64,000 nt of DNA from the human T2T-CHM13v2.0 reference genome, Homo sapiens: the NCBI RefSeq assembly GCF_009914755.1, contig NC_060927.1. One strand, given 5' to 3'. The notes under the pieces were generated by a model that was given only the letters and a program-made list of their open reading frames with translations, made no database searches and was not told the origin of the DNA. This document shows positions 1 through 11,600 of this stretch, one piece after another (the first letter of the stretch is position 1; every line of letters begins with the position of its first letter). The position numbers and the translations under genes are program-made.

Positions 1-504
1 TGTACATAAAATATGAAATTACATCAAATATATATTATATTAGGTACATAAAATATGAAAGTACATGAAGTATAGATTATATACTGTACATAAAATATCA
101 AAGTACCCCAAATTTATATTATATACTATACATGAAATATCAAAGTTCACAAACTATATATTATATACTGTACATAAAATATCAAAGTACCCAAGGTATA
201 TATTCTATAGTGTACAAAAAATATCAAAGTACCCAAAGCATGTATTATATACCGTATGTAAAATATAAAATTACATCAAATATATATTTTATTCTGTACA
301 TAAAATATCAAAGTACACCAGATATATATACTATAGTGTACATAAAATAACAAAGTACCCAAACTATACATTATACACTGCACATAAAATATGAAATTAC
401 ATCAAATATATATTAGGTACATAAAATATGAAAGTACATCAAATATAGATTATATACTGTAAATATAATATCAATGTACCCCAAATATATATTTTATACT
501 CTAC

Positions 505-1087
505 ATGAAATATCAAAGTTCACAAACCATATATTATATACTGTACATAAAATATCAAAGTACCCAAGGTATATATTCTATACTGTACAAAAAATATCAA
601 AGTACCCAAAGCATGTATTATATACTGTACATAAAATATGAAAGTACATCAAATATATATTTTATTCTGTACATAAAATATCAAAGTACACCAGATATAT
701 ATTCTATAGTGTACATAAAATAACAAAGTACACAAACTATAAATTATATCCTGTACATAAAATATGAAATTACATCAAATATATATTAGGTACATAAAAT
801 ATGAAAGTACATCAAATATAGATTATATACTGTACATTAAGTACCAAAGTACACCAAATATATATTTTATTCTGTACATAAAATATCAAAGTACACCAGA
901 TATATATTCTATAGTGTACATAAAATATCAAAGTACCCAAACTATACATTATATACTGTACATAAAATATGAAATTACAGCAAATATATATTATATTAGG
1001 TAAATGAAATATGAAAGTACATCAAATATAGATTATATACTGTACATAAAATATGAAAGTACCCCAAATATATATTATATACTCTAC
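505..1087 (+). repeat. 583-bp 14-monomer variant unit (also at 6300, 19931, 26701, 31061, 49152, 53278, 57636)
   Basis: Landmark spacing is 583 = 14x42 - 5. Order is 1-8, a 9/4 hybrid monomer (CATTAAGTACCAAAGTACACCAAATATATATTTTATTCTG), then 5-9. Confidence 0.85.
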
Positions 1088-1465
1088 ATGAAATATCAAA
1101 GTTCACAAACTATATATTATATACTGTACATAAAATATCAAAGTACCCAAGGTATATATTCTATACTGTACAAAAAATATCAAAGTATCCAAAGCATGTA
1201 TTATATACTGTATATAAAATATGAAAGTACATCAAATATATATTTTATTCTGTACATAAAATATCAAAGTACACCAGATATATATTCTATAGTGTACATA
1301 AAATATCAAAGTACCCAAACTATACATTATATACTGTACATAAAATATGAAATTACAGCAAATATATATTATATTAGGTACATAAAATATGAAAGTACAT
1401 CAAATATAGATTATATACTGTACATTAAATACCAAAGTACCCCAAATATATATTTTATACTGTAC
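1088..1465 (+). repeat. Representative 378-bp 9-monomer higher-order unit (basic HOR of the whole array)
   Basis: The landmark ATGAAATATCAAAGTTCACAAA recurs at 378-bp spacing (1088, 1466, 1844; 15254, 15632, 16010, 16388, 16766). The nine monomer types keep a fixed order, shown here by pseudo-translation: QSSQ, QSTQG, QSTQSM, ESTSNIYF, QSTPD, QSTQTIH, EITS, ESTSNID, QSTPN. A 378-bp 9-mer is the known HSat1A higher-order period. Confidence 0.95.
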
Positions 1466-1709
1466 ATGAAATATCAAAGTTCACAAATTATATATTATAT
1501 ACTGTACATAAAATATCAATGTACCCAAGGTATATATTCTATACTGCACAAAAAATATCAAAGTACCCAAAGCATGTATTATATACTGTATATAAAATAT
1601 GAAAGTACATCAAATATATATTTTATTCTGTACATAAAATATCAAAGTACACCAGATATATATTCTATAGTGTACATAAAATATCAAAGTACCCAAACTA
1701 TACATTATA

Positions 1710-4400
1710 TACTGTACATAAAATATGAAATTACAGCAAATATATATTATATTAGGTACATAAAATATGAAAGTACATCAAATATAGATTATATACTGTA
1801 CATTAAATACCAAAGTACCCCAAATATATATTTTATACTGTACATGAAATATCAAAGTTCACAAACTATATATTATATACTGTACATAAAGTATCAATGT
1901 ACCCAAGGTATATATTCTATACTGCACAAAAAATATCAAAGTACCCAAAGCATGTATTATATACTGTATATAAAATATGAAAGTACATCAAATATATATT
2001 TTATTCTGTACATAAAATATCAAAGTACACCAGATATATATTCTATAGTGTACATAAAATATCAAAGTACCCAAACTATACATTATATACTGTACATAAA
2101 ATATGAAATTACATCAAATATATATTATATTAGGTACATAAAATACGAAAGTACATCAAATATAGATTATATACTGTACATAAAATATGAAAGTACCCCA
2201 ATATATATTATATACTCTACATGAAATATCAAAGTTCACAAACTATATATTATGTACTGTACATAAAATATCAAACTACCCAAGGTATATATTCTATACT
2301 GTACAAAAAATATCAAAGTACCCAAAGCATGTATTATATAATGTACATAAAATATGAAAGTACATCAAATATATATTTTATTCTGTACATAAAATATCAA
2401 AGAACACCAGATATATATTCTATAGTGTACATAAAATATCAAAGTACCCAAACTATACATTATATACTGTACATAAAATATGAAATTACATCATATATAT
2501 ATTAGGTACATAAAATATGAAAGTACATCAAATATATATTTTATTCTGTACATAAAATATCAAAGTACACCAGATATATATTCTATAGTGTACATAAAAT
2601 AACAAAGTACACAAACTATAAAATATATACTGTACATAAAATATGAAATTACATCAAATATATATTAGGTACATAAAATATGAAAGTACATCAAATATAG
2701 ATTATATACTGTACATATAATATCAATGTACCCGAAATATATATTTTATACTCTACATGAAATATCAAAGTTCACAAACCATATATTGTATACTGCACAT
2801 AAAATATCAAAATACACAAGGTATATATTCTATACTGTACAAAAAATATCAAAGTACCCAAAGCAGGTATTATATACTGTATATAAAATATGAAAGTACA
2901 TCAAATATATATTTTATTCTGTACATAAAATATCAAAGTACACCAGATATATATTCTATAGTGTACATAAAATATCAAGGTACCCAAACTATATATTATA
3001 TACTGTACATAAAATATGAAATTACAGCAAATATATATTATATTAGGTACATAAAATATGAAAGTACATCAAATATAGATTATATACTGTACATTAAATA
3101 CCAAAGTACCCCAAATATATATTTTATACTGTACATGAAATATCAAAGTTCACAAACTATATATTATATACTGTACATAAAGTATCAATGTACCCAAGGT
3201 ATATATTCTATACTGCACAAAAAATATCAAAGTACCCAAAGCATGTATTATATACTGTATATAAAATATGAAAGTACATCAAATATATATTTTATTCTGT
3301 ACATAAAATATCAAAGTACACCAGATATATATTCTATAGTGTACATAAAATATCAAAGTACCCAAACTATACATTATATACTGTACATAAAATATGAAAT
3401 TACATCAAATATATATTATATTAGGTACATAAAATACGAAAGTACATCAAATATAGATTATATACTGTACATAAAATATGAAAGTACCCCAATATATATT
3501 ATATACTCTACATGAAATATCAAAGTTCACAAACTATATATTATGTACTGTACATAAAATATCAAACTACCCAAGGTATATATTCTATACTGTACAAAAA
3601 ATATCAAAGTACCCAAAGCATGTATTATATAATGTACATAAAATATGAAAGTACATCAAATATATATTTTATTCTGTACATAAAATATCAAAGAACACCA
3701 GATATATATTCTATAGTGTACATAAAATATCAAAGTACCCAAACTATACATTATATACTGTACATAAAATATGAAATTACATCATATATATATTAGGTAC
3801 ATAAAATATGAAAGTACATCAAATATATATTTTATTCTGTACATAAAATATCAAAGTACACTAGATATATATTCTATAGTGTACATAAAATAACAAAGTA
3901 CACAAACTATAAAATATATACTGTACATAAAATATGAAATTACATCAAATATATATTAGGTACATAAAATATGAAAGTACATCAAATATAGATTATATAC
4001 TGTACATATAATATCAATGTACCCGAAATATATATTTTATACTCTACATGAAATATCAAAGTTCACAAACCATATATTGTATACTGCACATAAAATATCA
4101 AAATACACAAGGTATATATTCTATACTGTACAAAAAATATCAAAGTACCCAAAGCAGGTATTATATACTGTATATAAAATATGAAAGTACATCAAATATA
4201 TATTTTATTCTGTACATAAAATATCAAAGTACACCAGATATATATTCTATAGTGTACATAAAATATCAAGGTACCCAAACTATATATTATATACTGTACA
4301 TAAAATATGAAATTACAGCAAATATATATTATATTAGGTACATAAAATATGAAAGTACATCAAATATAGATTATATACTGTACATTAAATACCAAAGTAC
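1710..4400 (+). repeat. 1,291-bp tandem duplication (536+378+377)
   Basis: Landmarks 2221/3512 and 2757/4048, and the rare variant AAAGTATCAATG (G at 1891 and 3182), are all offset by 1,291 bp. Confidence 0.85.
2221..2756 (+). repeat. 536-bp 13-monomer variant unit (also at 3512, 17143, 23913, 32399, 35434, 47488, 50490, 58219, 60643)
   Basis: Landmark spacing is 536 = 13x42 - 2x5. Monomer order is 1-7, then 4-9, and both type-7 monomers carry the 5-bp deletion. Confidence 0.85.
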
Positions 4401-7400
4401 CCCAAATATATATTTTATACTGTACATGAAATATCAAAGTTCACAAACTATATATTATATACTGTACATAAAATATCAATGTACCCAAGGTATATATTCT
4501 ATACTGCACAAAAAATATCAAAGTACCCAAAGCATGTATTATATACTGTATATAAAATATGAAAGTACATCAAATATATATTTTATTCTGTACATAAAAT
4601 ATCAAAATACACCAGATATATATTCTATAGTGTACATAAAATATCAAAGTACCCAAACTATACATTATATACTGTACATAAATATGAAATTACATCAAAT
4701 ATATATTATATTAGGTACATAAAATATGAAAGTACATGAAGTATAGATTATATACTGTAGATAAAATATCAAAGTACCCCAAATTTATATTATATACTAT
4801 ACATGAAATATCAAAGTTCACAAACTATATATTATATACTGTACATAAAATATCAAAGTACCCAAGGTATATATTCTATAGTGTACAAAAAATATCAAAG
4901 TACCCAAAGCATGTATTATATACCGTACATAAAATATAAAATTACATCAAATATATATTTTATTCTGTACATAAAATATCAAAGTACACCAGATATATAT
5001 ACTATAGTGTACATAAAATATCAAAGTACCCAAACTATACATTATACACTGTACATAAAATATGAAATTACATCAAATATATATTAGGTACATAAAATAT
5101 GAAAGTACATCAAATATAGATTATATACTGTAAATATAATATCAATGTACCCCAAATATATATTTTATACTCTACATGAAATATCAAAGTTCACAAACCA
5201 TATATTATATACTGTACATAAAATATCAAAGTACCCAAGGTATATATTCTATACTGTGCAAAAAATATCAAAGTACCCAAAGCATGTATTATATACTGTA
5301 TATAAAATATGAAAGTACATCAAATATATATTTTATTCTGTACATAAAATGTCAAAGTACACCAGATATATATTCTATAGTGTACATAAAATATCAAAGT
5401 ACCCAAACTATACATTATATACTGTACATAAAATATGAAATTACATCAAATATATATTAAGTACATAAAATATGAAAGTACATCAAATATAGATTATATA
5501 GTGTACATAAAATATCAATGTACACCAAATATATATTATATACTCTACATGAAATATCAAAGTTCACAAACTATATATTATATACTGTCCATAAAATATC
5601 AAAGTACCCAAGGTATATATTTTATACTGTACAAAAAATATCAAAGTACCCAAAGCATGTATTATATACTATACCTAAAATATGAAAGTACATCACATAT
5701 ATATTTTATTCTGTACATAAAATATCAAAGTACACCAGATATATATTCTACAGTGTATATAAAATATCAAAGTACCCAAACTATACATTATATACTGTAC
5801 ATAAAATATGAAATTACATCAAATATATATTATATTAGGTACATAAAATATGAAAGTACATGAAGTATAGATTATATACTGTACATAAAATATCAAAGTA
5901 CCCCAAATTTATATTATATACTATACATGAAATATCAAAGTTCACAAACTATATATTATATACTGTACATAAAATATCAAAGTACCCAAGGTATATATTC
6001 TATAGTGTACAAAAAATATCAAAGTACCCATAGCATGTATTATATACCGTATGTAAAATATAAAATTACATCAAATATATATTTTATTCTGTACATAAAA
6101 TATCAAAGTACACCAGATATATATACTATAGTGTACATAAAATAACAAAGTACCCAAACTATACATTATACACTGCACATAAAATATGAAATTACATCAA
6201 ATATATATTAGGTACATAAAATATGAAAGTACATCAAATATAGATTATATACTGTAAATATAATATCAATGTACCCCAAATATATATTTTATACTCTACA
6301 TGAAATATCAAAGTTCACAAACCATATATTATATACTGTACATAAAATATCAAAGTACCCAAGGTATATATTCTATACTGTACAAAAAATATCAAATTAC
6401 CCAAAGCATGTATTATATACTGTACATAAAATATGAAAGTACATCAAATATATATTTTATTCTGTACATAAAATATCAAAGTACACCAGATATATATTCT
6501 ATAGTGTACATAAAATAACAAAGTACACAAACTATAAATTATATCCTGTACATAAAATATGAAATTACATCAAATATATATTAGGTACATAAAATATGAA
6601 AGTACATCAAATATAGATTATATACTGTACATTAAGTACCAAAGTACACCAAATATATATTTTATTCTGTACATAAAATATCAAAGTACACCAGATATAT
6701 ATTCTATAGTGTACATAAAATATCAAAGTACCCAAACTATACATTATATACTGTACATAAAATATGAAATTACAGCAAATATATATTATATTAGGTAAAT
6801 GAAATATGAAAGTACATCAAATATAGATTATATACTGTACATAAAATATGAAAGTACCCCAAATATATATTATATACTCTACATGAAATATCAAAGTTCA
6901 CAAACTATATATTATATACTGTACATAAAATATCAAAGTACCCAAGGTATATATTCTATACTGTACAAAAAATATCAAAGTATCCAAAGCATGTATTATA
7001 TACTGTATATAAAATATGAAAGTACATCAAATATATATTTTATTCTGTACATAAAATATCAAAGTACACCAGATATATATTCTATAGTGTACATAAAATA
7101 TCAAAGTACCCAAACTATACATTATATACTGTACATAAAATATGAAATTACAGCAAATATATATTATATTAGGTACATAAAATATGAAAGTACATCAAAT
7201 ATAGATTATATACTGTACATTAAATACCAAAGTACCCCAAATATATATTTTATACTGTACATGAAATATCAAAGTTCACAAATTATATATTATATACTGT
7301 ACATAAAATATCAATGTACCCAAGGTATATATTCTATACTGCACAAAAAATATCAAAGTACCCAAAGCATGTATTATATACTGTATATAAAATATGAAAG

Positions 7401-8392
7401 TACATCAAATATATATTTTATTCTGTACATAAAATATCAAAGTACACCAGATATATATTCTATAGTGTACATAAAATATCAAAGTACCCAAACTATACAT
7501 TATATACTGTACATAAAATATGAAATTACATCAAATATATATTATATTAGGTACATAAAATACGAAAGTACATCAAATATAGATTATATACTGTACATAA
7601 AATATGAAAGTACCCCTATATATATTATATACTCTACATGAAATATCAAAGTTTACAAACTATATATTATGTACTGTACATAAAATATCAAAGTACCCAA
7701 GGTATATATTCTATACTGTACAAAAAATATCAAAGTACCCAAAGCATGTATTATATAATGTACATAAAATATGAAAGTACATCAAATATATATTTTATTC
7801 TGTACATAAAATATCAAAGAACACCAGATATATATTCTATAGTGTACATAAAATATCAAAGTACCCAAACTATACATTATATACTGTACATAAAATATGA
7901 AATTACATCAAATATATATTATATTAGGTACATAAAATATGAAAGTACATCAAATATAGATTATATACTGTAAATATAATATCAATGTACCCCAAATATA
8001 TATTTTATACTCTACATGAAATATCAAAGTTCACAAACCATATATTATATACTGTACATAAAATATCAAAGTACCCAAGGTATATATTCTATACTGTACA
8101 AAAAATATCAAAGTACCCAAAGCATGTATTATATACTATACCTAAAATATGAAAGTACATCAAATATATATTTTATTCTGTACATAAAATATCAAAGTAC
8201 ACCAGATATATATTCTACAGTGTACATAAAATATCAAAGTACCCAAACTATACATTATATACTGTACATAAAATATGAAATTACATCAAATATATATTAT
8301 ATTAGGTACATAAAATACGAAAGTACATCAAATATAGATTATATACTGTACATAAAATATCAAAGTACCACAATATATATTATATACTGTAC

Positions 8393-8644
8393 ATGAAATA
8401 TCAAAGTTCACAAACTATATATTATGTACTGTACATAAAATATCAAAGTCCCCAAGGTATATATTCTATACTGTACAAAAAATATCAAAGTACACAAAGC
8501 ATGTATTATATACTGTACATAAAATATGAAATTACATCAAATATATATTATATTAGGTACATAAAATATGAAAGTACATGAAGTATAGATTATATACTGT
8601 ACATAAAATATCAAAGTACCCCAAATTTATATTATATACCATAC
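8393..8644 (+). repeat. 252/251-bp 6-monomer variant unit (also at 11654, 33681, 38987)
   Basis: Monomer 3 is followed directly by monomer 7, so types 4-6 are missing. Spacings are 8393-8645 = 252, 33681-33933 = 252, 11654-11905 = 251 and 38987-39238 = 251. Confidence 0.85.
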
Positions 8645-11600
8645 ATGAAATATCAAAGTTCACAAACTATATATTATATACTGTACATAAAATATCAAAG
8701 TACCCAAGGTATATATTCTATAGTGTACAAAAAATATCAAAGTACCCAAAGCATGTATTATATACCGTACATAAAATATAAAATTACATCAAATATATAT
8801 TTTATTCTGTACATAAAATATCAAAGTACACCAGATATACATACTATAGTGTACATAAAATATCAAAGTACCCAAACTATACATTATACACTGTACATAA
8901 AATATGAAATTACATCAAATATATATTAGGTACATAAAATATGAAAGTGCATCAAATATAGATTATATACTGTAAATATAATATCAATGTACCCCAAATA
9001 TATATTTTATACTCTACATGAAATATCAAAGTTCACAAACCATATATTATATACTGTACATAAAATATCAAAGTACCCAAGGTATATATTCTATACTGAA
9101 CAAAAAATATCAAAGTACCCAAAGCATGTATTATATACTGTACATAAAATATGGAAGTACATCAAATATATATTTTATTCTGTACATAAAATATCAAAGT
9201 ACACCAGATATATATTCTATAGTGTACATAAAATATCAAAGTACCCAAACTATACATTATATACTGTACATAAAATATGAAATTACATCAAATATATATT
9301 ATATTAGGTACATGAAATATGAAAGTACATCAAATATAGATTATATACTGTACATAAAATATGAAAGTACCCCAAATATATATTATATACTCTACATGAA
9401 ATATCAAAGTTCACAAACTATATATTATATACTGTACATAAAATATCAAAGTACCCAAGGTATATATTCTATACTGTACAAAAAATATCAAAGTATCCAA
9501 AGCATGTATTATATACTGTATATAAAATATGAAAGTACATCAAATATATATTTTATTCTGTACATAAAATATGAAAGTACACCAGATATATATTCTATAG
9601 TGTACATAAAATATCAAAGTACCCAAACTATACATTATATACTGTACATAAAATATGAAATTACAGCAAATATATATTATATTAGGTACATAAAATATGA
9701 AAGTACATCAAATATAGATTATATACTGTACATTAAATACCAAAGTACCCCAAATATATATTTTATACTGTACATGAAATATCAAAGTTCACAAACTATA
9801 TATTATATACTGTACATAAAATATCAATGTACCCAAGGTATATATTCTATACTGCACAAAAAATATCAAAGTACCCAGAGCATGTATTATATACTGTATA
9901 TAAAATATGAATGTACATCAAATATATATTTTATTCTGTACATAAAATATCAAAGTACACCAGATATATATTCTATAGTGTACATAAAATAACAAAGTAC
10001 ACAAACTATAAATTATATACTGTACATAAAATATGAAATTACATCAAATATATAGTAGGTACATAAAATATGAAAGTACATCAAATATAGATTATATACT
10101 GTACATATAATATCAATGTACCGGAAATATATATTTTATACTCTACATGAAATATCAAAGTTCACAAACCATATATTGTATACTGCACATAAAATATCAA
10201 AATACCCAAGGTATATATTCTATACTGTACAAAAAATATCAAAGTACCCAAAGCAGGTATTATATACTGTACATAAAATATGAAAGTACATCAAATATAT
10301 ATTTTATTCTGTACATAAAATATCAAAGTACACCAGATATATATTCTATAGTGTACATAAAATATCAAAGTACACAAACTATACATTATATACTGTACAT
10401 AAAATATGAGATTACATCAAATATATATTATATTAGGTACATAAAATATGAAAGTACATCAGATATAGATTATATACTGTACATAAAATATCAAAGTACC
10501 CCAAATATATATTATATACTCTACATGAAATATGAAAGTTCACAAACTATATATTATATACTGTACATAAAATATCAAAGTACCCAAGGTATATATTCTA
10601 TACTGTACAAAAAATATCAAAATACCCAAAGCATGTATTATATACTGTATATAAAATATGAAAATACATTAAATATATATTTTATTCTGTACATAAAATT
10701 TCAAAGTACACCAGATATATATTCTATAGTGTACATAAAATAACAAAGTACACAAACTATAAATTATATACTGTACGTAAAATATGAAATTACATCAAAT
10801 ATATATTAGGTACATAAAATATGAAAGTACATCAAATATAGATTATATACTGTACATATAATATCAATGTACCGCAAATATATATTTTATACTCTACATG
10901 AAATATCAAAGTTCACAAACCATACATTATATACTTTCCATAAAATATCAAAGTACCCATGGCATATATTCTATACTGTACAAAAGATATCAAAGTACCC
11001 AAAGCATGTATTATATACTGTACATAAAATATGAAAGTACATCAAATATATATTTTATTCTGTACATAAAATATCAAAGTACACCAGATATATATTCTAT
11101 AGTGTACATAAAATATCAAAGTACCCAAACTATATATTATATACTGTACATAAAATATGAAATTACATCAAATATGTATTATATTAGGTACATAAAATAT
11201 GAAAGTACATCAAATATAGATTATATACCGTACATAAAATATCAAAGTACCCCAAATATATATTATATACTATACATGAAATATCAAATATCACAAACTA
11301 TATATTATATACTGTACATAAAATATCAAAGTACCCAATGTATATATTCTATAGTGTACAAAAAATATCAAAGTACCCAAAGCATGTATTATATACTGTA
11401 CATAAAATATAAAAGTACATCAAATATATATTTTATTCTGTACATAAAATATGAAAGTACACCAGATATATATTCTATAGTGTACATAAAATATCAAAGT
11501 ACCCAAACTATACATTATATACTGTACATAAAATATGAAATTACATCAAATATATATTATATTAGGTACTTAAAATATGAAAGTACATCAAATATAGATT

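Noticed and set aside
65-268. Recurring 67-aa ORF MKYRLYTVHKISKYPK... as a small multi-copy gene
   Set aside because: It is an alternative frame of the satellite, opened by the variant CATGAAG in one unit subfamily. It is useful only as a marker.
1004-2224. Long ORFs (406 aa here; 392 aa at 37853, 378 aa at 44467, and many others) as repeat-protein genes
   Set aside because: They are translations of the 42-bp satellite (14 codons per monomer). They start and stop at sporadic SNVs and indels, have no unique domain, and show no gene context.
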